64,000 nucleotides of DNA, taken from the NCBI GenBank assembly GCA_024684115.1, contig JAIKXP010000082.1:25975-89974 (forward strand), in the 5' to 3' direction. This DNA is from Sphaerochaetaceae bacterium. GTDB taxonomy: Bacteria > Spirochaetota > Spirochaetia > Sphaerochaetales > Sphaerochaetaceae. The notes beneath the pieces were generated by a model. The model saw only the letters and a program-made list of their open reading frames with translations, was not told where the DNA came from and searched no databases. A program made the translations under genes and the position numbers. Below, piece by piece: positions 48,192 through 56,357 of the stretch (positions are counted from its first letter, which is position 1; every line of letters starts with the position of its first letter).

Positions 48192-48885
48192 CTGTTCTCC
48201 CGTACTCTTCCAGTTTTTTCAGAAGCTCTTTTGTCATATCAACTTCAGAAAGAGCTTTTTCATCATCATAATCAACAGCTTCTTCAAGTGTAAAAGGCCC
48301 TATTGAGTTTCTCTCAAGTTCCCTGACATATGCACAGGATGAGCAGAGCTCTCCAAGGTCCCTGGCGTAGGAGCGCACATAGGTTCCCTTTGAAACCTTG
48401 AGCCTGATTCTAAGAAAAGGCTTCTCCCAGCTTAAAATCTCTGCGCTGTATATTGTTACGGGACGTCCTGAAAGCTTAACTTCTTTTCCTTCCCGCACAA
48501 GCTGATAGCTTCTCTTGCCGTTAACATGAAGGGCGCTGTACAGGGGCGGAACCTGGATAATCGGTCCTGTGAGCTTTTTTACAGCCTCCGTTACAGTCTC
48601 AAAATCAGGAACATCGGAGGTTTTTATAACCTCCCCTTCCGGGTCCAGGGTATCTGTTTCCTTACCGAACTCTATGAGGGCAGTATAGGTCTTGTCCATT
48701 CCCATGAACCTTTCGTTGAGCCTTGTATACTTTCTCCCGCAGAGGGCAATAATAAGGCCGCTTGCGAACTTATCAAGAGTACCGCAGTGGCCTGTTTTTC
48801 TGTTGATTATATGTTTAATTCGCCCGAGGCATGAGAAAGAAGTCACCCCGGGTTTCTTGTTTATAAGGACTATTGCGTCTCTCAC
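48169..48885 (-). CDS. truB: tRNA pseudouridine(55) synthase TruB (short form, no PUA domain)
   Basis: INKKPGVTSF, the catalytic HCGTLDKFASGLI motif, QVPPLYSALHVNGKR and GTYVRSYARDLG. It is 238 aa, against ~314 aa for E. coli TruB. Confidence 0.9.
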   Translation of the reverse strand: MRDAIVLINKKPGVTSFSCLGRIKHIINRKTGHCGTLDKFASGLIIALCGRKYTRLNERFMGMDKTYTALIEFGKETDTLDPEGEVIKTSDVPDFETVTEAVKKLTGPIIQVPPLYSALHVNGKRSYQLVREGKEVKLSGRPVTIYSAEILSWEKPFLRIRLKVSKGTYVRSYARDLGELCSSCAYVRELERNSIGPFTLEEAVDYDDEKALSEVDMTKELLKKLEEYGRTDGNKEIL

Positions 48886-49226
48886 TGCCTGATTGACTCC
48901 AGAAGTTCATTAATCCTGGAGGCTTCCCTCTCAGTAGTATCAGGCTTGAAGGTAAGCTTAGGAGTGTTCTTTGTCTTAAGCACGGCTGCAAGCCTGCCCT
49001 GGATGAAGGGAGCTGCACTCTGGAGAGCCTTTACGGAGCGCTCCAGCTCGTTATCTGCAAGACAGGAAACATAAAGGGTTGCATAGGAGTTGTCCTTTGA
49101 AACCGAAACGTCACTTATGCTTGCAAACGTTGACAGCTTCGGGTTCTTGATTTCACCCGAAACTATCAGTGTGTTTACAGCTTCCATAATCCTTGATTCA
49201 ATTCTGCTCTGTGAATAGTCTCCCAT
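48882..49226 (-). CDS. rbfA: Ribosome-binding factor A
   Basis: 114 aa with RIESRIMEAVNTLI...VSVSKDNSYATLYVS...LQSAAPFIQGRLA, the RbfA KH-like pattern. Confidence 0.88.
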   Translation of the reverse strand: MGDYSQSRIESRIMEAVNTLIVSGEIKNPKLSTFASISDVSVSKDNSYATLYVSCLADNELERSVKALQSAAPFIQGRLAAVLKTKNTPKLTFKPDTTEREASRINELLESIRQ

Positions 49227-51784
49227 CAGATACGCTCCCAGACATTATCAAGCTTTCTGGCTGTTTCCTTGATCTCGACAAATTCGATTGTATCTCCTTC
49301 CTTGAGGTCCTGGAAATTCTCAATACCGATACCGCACTCAAATCCTTCGGTAACTTCTCTTGCGTCATCCTTGAATCTCTTGAGTGAAGAAATCTTAAGC
49401 AGTTCCTTGCTGAGCTGGATGTTTTCCCTGACAACCCTGCAGAAGTTGTTTCTCTTTACGCTGCCTGAAGTAATGAAACAACCGGCAATAAGACCGACCT
49501 TAGGAACCTTGAAGACCTGACGTACAACTGCAGTACCGACATCTACCTCAGTTCTTTCAGGACTGAGCATGCCTTCCATGGCAGCCTTAACATCGTCTAC
49601 AACACTGTAAATGACGTTGTACTTTCTGATTTCAATCTTCTCTTCATCAGCTCTGGACTGTGCCTTAGGTGTAGGTCTGACGTTGAATCCTATTACGAGA
49701 GCCGGGTTCTCGGATGCAGAAGCAAGGTTAATATCATCTTCAATGATTGCACCTGCTGCAGCCCTGATTACGCTGACTCTGATTTCAGGTGTACTGAGCT
49801 TCTCGAGGGCCATCTTGAGGGCTTCAACAGAACCCTGTACATCGCCCTTGATGACAAGGTTGAGCTCCTGAACGTCTCCCTCATGCATGACGTCAAACAT
49901 GTTCTCAAGTGTAACCTTCTTGACTCTGCTTGCCTGGTTCTGGCGCTCAAGTTCCTGTCTCTTGGAACCGATGAGTCTGGCCTGCTTTTCATCTTCACAG
50001 ACCTGGAACGGATCACCTGCACTCGGGACGTTTGAAAGACCAATGACCTCAACAGGTGTTGAAGGGCCGGCTTTCTTAATCTTCTTGCCCTTGTCGTTGA
50101 ACATGGCTCTGACTCTTCCCGGGTAGATACCGGAAACATAGTAGTCACCCTGGTTCAGTGTTCCTCTTTCGATTATGACTGAAGCTACAATACCTCTGCC
50201 CTGGTCAATCCTTGCTTCAAGAACCTTACCTTCTGCCCTGCAGTTCGGATTTGCCCTGAGGTCCATCATCTCAGCCTGGAGGAGGATTGTATCAAGAAGG
50301 TTCTCAATACCGATCTTCTGCTTTGCTGAAATCTGGCAGTAGAGGGTCTGTCCGCCCCATTCTTCCGGCATGAGGCCGTAGTCTGAAAGCTGCTGCATGA
50401 CTCTCTCCGGCTTTGCTTCCGGAAGGTCTATCTTGTTGATTGCAACAATAATAGGTACGTTTGCTGCCTTGGCGTGGTCAATTGCTTCAATTGTCTGAGG
50501 CATGACTCCGTCGTTTGCGGCAACGACAAGTACGACTATATCTGTAATCTGTGCTCCTCTGGCACGCATGAGTGTAAATGCTGCGTGACCCGGAGTATCA
50601 AGGAAGACTACATCTCCCTTCTCGGGAATTGAAACCTTGTAGGCACCAATGTGCTGGGTAATTCCACCGAACTCGCCTGCTACAACGTTTGTTGAACGGA
50701 TTGCATCAAGAAGCTTTGTCTTACCGTGGTCAACGTGACCCATGACGGTAACGATCGGAGCCCTTGGCACCATATCCTCTTCCCTGTCTTCCTCTGTCTC
50801 TATAACGGTTTCTTCGTAGAGGTCTATGATATGGACCTGACAGCCGTACTCCTCAGCAATAATGGTGGCAGTGTCACTGTCAATGCTCTGGTTAATGCTT
50901 ACCATCATTCCCATGCTGAAGAGCTTGCTGATAATTTCAGAAGCCTTTATGTTCATCTTCTTTGCAAGGTCGCTGACAGTAACGTTAGGCATAATGTCTA
51001 TGCTCTTGGCAACTACGGCAACAGGTGTTGCAGACTTCTTCTTTCCGAACTGCTTGAGTTCAAGCTCGTCTTCCTGAATCTCGTGCCTTCTGTCTCTTCC
51101 CTTATCCTTGGAGAAGACTCTCTTGTTCTTTCCTTCAGTTGCAACAGGAGCCGGAGCAAAGCCGGGCTTTGCAGGTCTGTTTCCGCCCTTGTTGAATCCG
51201 CCGGATCTCTGACCACCGAAGTCATTCGGTCTGTCCTTTCCGAACGGAGGTTTTCTGCTCTGGCTTGACTTAGGTGTGTAGACACCTGAGTTAGGCTGAC
51301 CCTGCTGCCTCTGGTTTCTGTTCTGAATGCGCTTTCCGTCTGCTCCGTATACAACTCCTCCGACAGATCCTACAGGACCTGAAGAAGAGCTCTTCCTCGG
51401 TGCATTGAAGTTGATGGGAGGAAGGTTTGCTCCTGAAATGATTACAGGACCGTTACTGATGGTTGTATTTACTCCCGGAGCCTTCTTTACAACCTTTTTG
51501 ACAGGCTGCTGGGCAGGCTTCTGAGGTTCCGGCTTCTTCTGAGCCGGCTTTGGCTGAGCCTGAGGCTGAACAGAAGCCGGAGCTTTGACTTCCGGTGCCT
51601 TCTTCTCCACAACCGGAGCTGCGGCTTTTACAACAACAGTAGGCTGTTTCTTCTTTACAATAACTACCCTTTTCTTTTCCACAGGCTTCTGTACCGGAGG
51701 TGCAACAGGTGTTGCTGCAACCTGCTGTTCTGCACTTCTGCTCTGTTTGATTAATGTAACTTTCGGTTTGTTATCTTCTGGCAT
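49226..51784 (-). CDS. infB: Translation initiation factor IF-2
   Basis: 852 aa. Pro/Lys/Ala/Gln-rich N-terminus. G domain [26 protein letters not shown]. Confidence 0.96.
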   Translation of the reverse strand: MPEDNKPKVTLIKQSRSAEQQVAATPVAPPVQKPVEKKRVVIVKKKQPTVVVKAAAPVVEKKAPEVKAPASVQPQAQPKPAQKKPEPQKPAQQPVKKVVKKAPGVNTTISNGPVIISGANLPPINFNAPRKSSSSGPVGSVGGVVYGADGKRIQNRNQRQQGQPNSGVYTPKSSQSRKPPFGKDRPNDFGGQRSGGFNKGGNRPAKPGFAPAPVATEGKNKRVFSKDKGRDRRHEIQEDELELKQFGKKKSATPVAVVAKSIDIMPNVTVSDLAKKMNIKASEIISKLFSMGMMVSINQSIDSDTATIIAEEYGCQVHIIDLYEETVIETEEDREEDMVPRAPIVTVMGHVDHGKTKLLDAIRSTNVVAGEFGGITQHIGAYKVSIPEKGDVVFLDTPGHAAFTLMRARGAQITDIVVLVVAANDGVMPQTIEAIDHAKAANVPIIVAINKIDLPEAKPERVMQQLSDYGLMPEEWGGQTLYCQISAKQKIGIENLLDTILLQAEMMDLRANPNCRAEGKVLEARIDQGRGIVASVIIERGTLNQGDYYVSGIYPGRVRAMFNDKGKKIKKAGPSTPVEVIGLSNVPSAGDPFQVCEDEKQARLIGSKRQELERQNQASRVKKVTLENMFDVMHEGDVQELNLVIKGDVQGSVEALKMALEKLSTPEIRVSVIRAAAGAIIEDDINLASASENPALVIGFNVRPTPKAQSRADEEKIEIRKYNVIYSVVDDVKAAMEGMLSPERTEVDVGTAVVRQVFKVPKVGLIAGCFITSGSVKRNNFCRVVRENIQLSKELLKISSLKRFKDDAREVTEGFECGIGIENFQDLKEGDTIEFVEIKETARKLDNVWERI

Positions 51785-51793
51785 CTATTGCTA

Positions 51794-53275
51794 TTACTCC
51801 CCGTCCTCTTCATCTAATGATTCAAAACTGATTTCCACATGACAGTTAGGACACTCTGTCATGCCTTCTTTGAGCGGATGACCACAGTTAGGACACTCAA
51901 ATGTTCCTTCCTCTGAATCTTCCTCAATAATATCTACTGTCTCACTGATAGCCTTGTTGACTGCTGCAGCCTCTTCTTCGGAAATATCTCCGAGGTCTGC
52001 AATTTCCTCTGCTGTGTAATCGAGGAAGTCCTCAACATAAAGGATATCGTGCTTTTCAAGTTTGCTGACAATTGCCTTGTCAATCGGAAGCTCTGTGAGA
52101 GGGATTCCCTCTTCATCATTGATTGCAGGATTTACATCTTCAGCAGCCTCTTCCTCAGGAAGCTCTGTAAATGCAGCATCTGCGGCAGCTCTTGCCTGCT
52201 CGAAGATATCCATGGATTCGAAGTCTTCCTGTGTCTTTACGTCAACCATCCAGTCACACATTCTGTTGACAAGTCTTACGTTCATACCCTGCTTACCGAT
52301 TGCAAGGGAGAGCTGGCTCTGGTCAACAATTGCAACAGCCATCTTCTTGTCATAATCGGTAACATAGATTCTTTCTACCTTTGCAGGAGAAAGGGCGTTT
52401 GCAATGTACTCAAGCGGATTCGGGTCCCAGCGTACAACGTCAATTCTCTCGTCATCAATCTCCTTCATGATCATCTGGATTCTGGCACCCTTAAGGCCTA
52501 CACAGGTTCCGACTGCGTCAATGTCCGACTTCTTGGGCCATACTGCAACCTTTGTTCTGTAACCTGCAACCCTGACAATCTTTACAATCTCAAGTCCCGG
52601 ATCCTTTGAAACAAGTTCAGGAACATTGATATAGAAAAGCTTTCTGATAAAATCTTCGGAAACACGTGTAAGAAGAACCCTTATGTTCTTTTCGTTCTTC
52701 TCATCCGGCTTTACGCTTTCAACATAACAGCGGATTCTGTCACCCTTGGTATAGACTTCCTTCGGGCTCTGATTCTTTGCAGGAAGATAACCGCTGGTCT
52801 TTCCGAGGTCAACCATAATGTCTCCGTTTTCCTTAACGGTCTGAACATATCCGTTGATAATCTCTCCGACCTTACCCTTGAACTCTGAGAGCAGTTCATC
52901 CTTCTGGATTTCCCTGATCTGGCTCTGTACGCGCTGCTTACCGGTCTGTACCGTGCTTGTGCTGAAGGTCTTCGGATCAATAGGAATCAGCAGTTCATCT
53001 CCTACCTCTGCCTCGTCATTGAACTCAAGAGCCTCTGAAAGAGGAATTTCTGTAAAATCATCTGCATAATACTCTTCATCATCAACAACTGTGCGTCTTG
53101 CTGCAAGTTCAAAGGATGAAAGGTCATCTGCAAATGTAACGACTGCGTTTTCATCAGTCTTGTATTTGTTCTTGTAGCTTGCAAGAAGGCTCTGCTTGAC
53201 AATATCAAGAACAAGGTCCTTTGAAAGACCCTTTTCATTAATCATGGCCTCTACGGCTTCTTTAAATTCAGACAT
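51794..53275 (-). CDS. nusA: Transcription termination/antitermination factor NusA, with a C-terminal CxxC...CxxC zinc ribbon
   Basis: NTD, S1 (GEIINGYVQTVKENGDIMVDLGK), KH1/KH2 (GTCVGLKGARIQ; AIGKQGMNVRL), an acidic linker with one HhH-like repeat, then FECPNCGHPLKEGMTECPNCH. Confidence 0.93.
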   Translation of the reverse strand: MSEFKEAVEAMINEKGLSKDLVLDIVKQSLLASYKNKYKTDENAVVTFADDLSSFELAARRTVVDDEEYYADDFTEIPLSEALEFNDEAEVGDELLIPIDPKTFSTSTVQTGKQRVQSQIREIQKDELLSEFKGKVGEIINGYVQTVKENGDIMVDLGKTSGYLPAKNQSPKEVYTKGDRIRCYVESVKPDEKNEKNIRVLLTRVSEDFIRKLFYINVPELVSKDPGLEIVKIVRVAGYRTKVAVWPKKSDIDAVGTCVGLKGARIQMIMKEIDDERIDVVRWDPNPLEYIANALSPAKVERIYVTDYDKKMAVAIVDQSQLSLAIGKQGMNVRLVNRMCDWMVDVKTQEDFESMDIFEQARAAADAAFTELPEEEAAEDVNPAINDEEGIPLTELPIDKAIVSKLEKHDILYVEDFLDYTAEEIADLGDISEEEAAAVNKAISETVDIIEEDSEEGTFECPNCGHPLKEGMTECPNCHVEISFESLDEEDGE

Positions 53276-53843
53276 CAGTAGAATCTCCTAATCTGTTATT
53301 TCTTCTTTTATTTTTCTGAGCAAGCTGATTCTTTTTCTTTTTGTCTTCAGCGCTCTCCCATACGTATTCAAGTTTTGCTTTCTGCACGTCTTCCTTCTCA
53401 AGGACAAGGAGCTCTCCGGTTTCCAAAGAGTCCTCAATCCTGTAGTCGCGCAGAACTATAGTATTTCCCTCAAGTCCTCCGTTTACACCGACAACCCAGC
53501 TTCCGGCCTTTTTGCTGTAGAGCCTGACGGTTTTTCCTTCAAAAACATCAAACTCGTTGAAGTCCTTGAAGTTGCGCTGCAGTCCCGGAGTTGAAACCTC
53601 CATGGAAAGCAGATCTTTGTCATACTTAAGCTCAAGGCGGGGTTGGGCGGTCCTGTGAAATGTTTCACAGTCATCAATGGAAACGTCTTTTGACCTGCTG
53701 GCAATTGTAATACTGACCTTGATTTCATCAGATTTCCTGTACACGTCTGCATCTACAATACAGAAGCCCAGGCTCTTTGCCGTCTCATCAAGATCTTTAT
53801 AAAGTTCACTGTTTACAATTTCGTCTTTCAGCATTTTTCCCAT
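53268..53843 (-). CDS. rimP: Ribosome maturation factor RimP
   Basis: 191 aa. LEVSTPGLQRNF-type motif and its position directly upstream of nusA. Confidence 0.85.
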   Translation of the reverse strand: MGKMLKDEIVNSELYKDLDETAKSLGFCIVDADVYRKSDEIKVSITIASRSKDVSIDDCETFHRTAQPRLELKYDKDLLSMEVSTPGLQRNFKDFNEFDVFEGKTVRLYSKKAGSWVVGVNGGLEGNTIVLRDYRIEDSLETGELLVLEKEDVQKAKLEYVWESAEDKKKKNQLAQKNKRRNNRLGDSTDV

Positions 53844-53844
53844 T

Positions 53845-53871
53845 AAAAAAGGAACCGGGGTTTCCGATTCC
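53845..53871 (-). terminator. Terminator-like hairpin plus T6 ending 1 nt before the rimP ATG. It could be the comF terminator, a rimP-nusA leader attenuator, or both.
   Basis: On the minus strand, GGAATCGG-AAACC-CCGGTTCC forms 8 bp with 1 G-U, followed by TTTTTT, then A, then ATG. Confidence 0.55.
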
Positions 53872-53902
53872 TTAAAACATAAGTTTAATTTATCTGTCTG
53901 AA

Positions 53903-53931
53903 ATATATTACTTTATAAGTCAAAGTGTCAA
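53903..53931 (-). promoter_or_regulatory. Candidate promoter TTGACA-(15 to 17 nt)-TAATAT/ATATAT for rimP-nusA-infB
   Basis: Hexamers read on the minus strand between the comF stop and the hairpin. Confidence 0.35.
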
Positions 53932-53938
53932 CTCACTT

Positions 53939-54613
53939 TTACAGTTCTTTGAATATTGTAAGTCCACAGATATTTTTATATCCATTGTCCATAAGAAGTC
54001 TCCTGCAGGACTGGAGGGTGTTGCCGGTGGTGGTAACATCGTCAATAAGAACAATCCTGCAATTCCTGTCCACTTCTTCATCAGCCGGAACAAAGCGCGA
54101 AGAAGCAAATACGGCCCTTTCCTCCGCACCTAAAGATTTCTGCTGTGCGGAAAAACCCTTTCTGGATTTAATGAGTCTTTTAACGGTGCAGCCGTATTTC
54201 CTTGAAAGAATCTCTGCCACCAGATTCATATGGTCCCAGCCCCTTCTCTTTAAGGCAGATGGAGAACAGGGAACCGGAACAAGTACGGAGTCTTTCCATT
54301 CCATATCCTTTAAAGAATTATAAAGGACCTCTGCAAAGAAGTAAGAGAACTTTCTGTTTCCGCGGAACTTGAAACTCTCAAGACAGTGTCTTACCGGAGA
54401 ACAGGTATAATCATAGATTCCATATACGGGAAAATCCGGATAACGGCGGCACCAGGAGCACTCGTAAAGAGAACTGCACAGCGGATGAAAGCAGACCGGG
54501 CAGCGGATCATAAAGGATTCAAAACGTCCTGAAGATATCTTCTTACTGCATCTGCCGCATATTACGGAACTACGGGGAATATAATCTGAACATATAAGAC
54601 ACGTTTTCCACAT
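53939..54613 (-). CDS. comF: ComF family protein (phosphoribosyltransferase-like)
   Basis: N-terminal Cys pairs (CLIC...CGRC...CPVC...CSWC) and the PRT motif IVLIDDVTTTGNTL. I prefer ATG 54613 (MWKTCLIC) over the track start 54694. Confidence 0.8.
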   Translation of the reverse strand: MWKTCLICSDYIPRSSVICGRCSKKISSGRFESFMIRCPVCFHPLCSSLYECSWCRRYPDFPVYGIYDYTCSPVRHCLESFKFRGNRKFSYFFAEVLYNSLKDMEWKDSVLVPVPCSPSALKRRGWDHMNLVAEILSRKYGCTVKRLIKSRKGFSAQQKSLGAEERAVFASSRFVPADEEVDRNCRIVLIDDVTTTGNTLQSCRRLLMDNGYKNICGLTIFKEL

Positions 54614-54699
54614 TTTATATATATAGACAACACTCTCAGGGTCTTTGTTGTTAATAAAATAAAAAAATACATTTTTTTGAATATTTATACACATTCGTC

Positions 54700-54728
54700 T
54701 TGACTCATATCTTTTGAGATTCTATTAT
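54700..54728 (+). promoter_or_regulatory. Near-consensus sigma70 promoter TTGACT-17 nt-TATTAT
   Basis: Hexamers read directly, ~30 nt upstream of the leader ORF. Confidence 0.6.
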
Positions 54729-54759
54729 GGGTTCAAACTTAAGAAGGAGGACTGAAACA

Positions 54760-54825
54760 ATGACAACTTACAGAATCACAAAAACATCTTATTCAGGACT
54801 CCATCATCTCCATCACGCCCTCTGA
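54760..54825 (+). CDS. Candidate 21-codon His-rich leader peptide (MTTYRITKTSYSGLHHLHHAL)
   Basis: AAGGAGG at 54744-54750 lies 9 nt before the ATG. The stop TGA sits in the loop of hairpin CGCCCT-CTG-AGGGCG (54816-54830). It is too short to appear in the ORF track. Confidence 0.35.
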   Translation: MTTYRITKTSYSGLHHLHHAL

Positions 54826-54916
54826 GGGCGCATTATATTTTCATAAACAAAACACAAACCAAACTGAATCAAAATTTAAAAACCAGACTAAAAACATAAT
54901 TATAGGGGAAAATACC

Positions 54917-55723
54917 ATGAAAAAGACAATTACAGCTATTATCATGCTTCTTGCAGCATTTGTAGTTTTCGCAGCCGGAGTATCAGAGAAGAAAGAACTT
55001 ACCGGAGTTGAATATATTAAGGACAAGGGAACATTCGTTCTTGGTCTTGATGACTCTTTCCCACCTATGGGTTACAGAGATGAGAACAACGAAATTGTCG
55101 GTTTCGACATTGACGTAGCAAAGGAAGTCTGTGCAAGACTCGGAGTCAAGCTTGTATGCCAGCCTATCGACTGGAACGCAAAGGAGCAGGAGCTCTCCCT
55201 CAAGCAGATTGACTGTATCTGGAACGGATTTACAATCACACCGGAAAGAAAGGCTGCCATGGCTTTCACAGATGCATACCTTAACAACGCACAGGTAGTT
55301 ATCGTTAAGAATTCTTCTTCATACAAGACACTTGCCGACTTAAGCGGAAAGAAAATTGGCGTTCAGGCCGCATCTTCCTCAGCAGATGCCATTGCAGATA
55401 CTCCTGCATTCTCATCAGCCATTGCCGGTACAGTTGAATTCAAGGATAACCTTACAGCCCTCATGGACCTTGAGATTGGAGGTTGTGAAGCCGTTGTCAT
55501 GGACCTGCTTGTTGCCAACTATGCAATCCAGGAATCAGGAAAGGATTTCAGGATTCTTGAAGAGACTCTTTCTTCAGAAGAATACGGCGTAGGTTTCAGA
55601 CTTGCAGATGCAGATCTTGCAGCAAAGGTCACCGACATAATGAAGGAAATGGCTGCTGACGGCACCATGGCCAAGATTTCAACACAGTGGTTCGGCGCTG
55701 ACATTACTACAATAGGAAAGTAA
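54917..55723 (+). CDS. Polar amino acid ABC transporter substrate-binding protein (family 3 SBP)
   Basis: Signal peptide, then GLDDSFPPMGYRDENNEIVGFDIDVAKEVCARLG and DCIWNGFTITPERK motifs. Confidence 0.88.
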   Translation: MKKTITAIIMLLAAFVVFAAGVSEKKELTGVEYIKDKGTFVLGLDDSFPPMGYRDENNEIVGFDIDVAKEVCARLGVKLVCQPIDWNAKEQELSLKQIDCIWNGFTITPERKAAMAFTDAYLNNAQVVIVKNSSSYKTLADLSGKKIGVQAASSSADAIADTPAFSSAIAGTVEFKDNLTALMDLEIGGCEAVVMDLLVANYAIQESGKDFRILEETLSSEEYGVGFRLADADLAAKVTDIMKEMAADGTMAKISTQWFGADITTIGK

Positions 55724-55724
55724 G

Positions 55725-56357
55725 ATGGCCGATTACATTGGACAACTGCTTAAGGCCAGCCTGGTTTCATTAAGGGTTTTCTTTTTAACCCTGATACTTG
55801 CACTGCCCATCTCCCTCGGAGTGTGTGCACTGCGAATGTCAAAAAACAGGCTGGTTTCAGGCCTGACCAACATCTATATCATGATAATGAGGGGTACGCC
55901 CCTCATTCTTCAGCTTCTGTTTGTGTACTTTGCACCTTACTACATGTTCGGCAAATCCTTTTCAAGATTCACCGCCTGTATAGTTGCCTTCGTACTTAAC
56001 TATGCTGCCTACTTTGCAGAGATATTCAGAAGCGGTCTTCAGAGCCTGCCGGTCTCCCAGCACGAAGCCTGTCTTACCCTGGGAATACGCCCTCTTACAG
56101 AGCACTTTATCATTAAGCTTCCACAGGTTTTCAGAATGGTTCTTCCATCCCTTGGAAATGAAATCATAACACTGGTAAAGGATACGGCTCTTGCACAGAC
56201 AATCGGAGTCATGGAGCTTTTCAGGGTTGCTCAGAATGCCTCATCAAGGCAGTTCTCCACAGTACCTATCTTTGTAGCCGGAGTATTCTATTTTGTAATG
56301 AATGCAGTGGTTTCAAAGCTTATTTCAGTCGGAGAGAAGAAGCTCGCTTACTATTAA
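55725..56357 (+). CDS. Polar amino acid ABC transporter permease (HisM/GlnP family)
   Basis: 210 aa. MRGTPLILQLLFVYF and an EAA-like loop (EACLTLGIRPL...LPQVFRMVLPSLGNE). Confidence 0.88.
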   Translation: MADYIGQLLKASLVSLRVFFLTLILALPISLGVCALRMSKNRLVSGLTNIYIMIMRGTPLILQLLFVYFAPYYMFGKSFSRFTACIVAFVLNYAAYFAEIFRSGLQSLPVSQHEACLTLGIRPLTEHFIIKLPQVFRMVLPSLGNEIITLVKDTALAQTIGVMELFRVAQNASSRQFSTVPIFVAGVFYFVMNAVVSKLISVGEKKLAYY

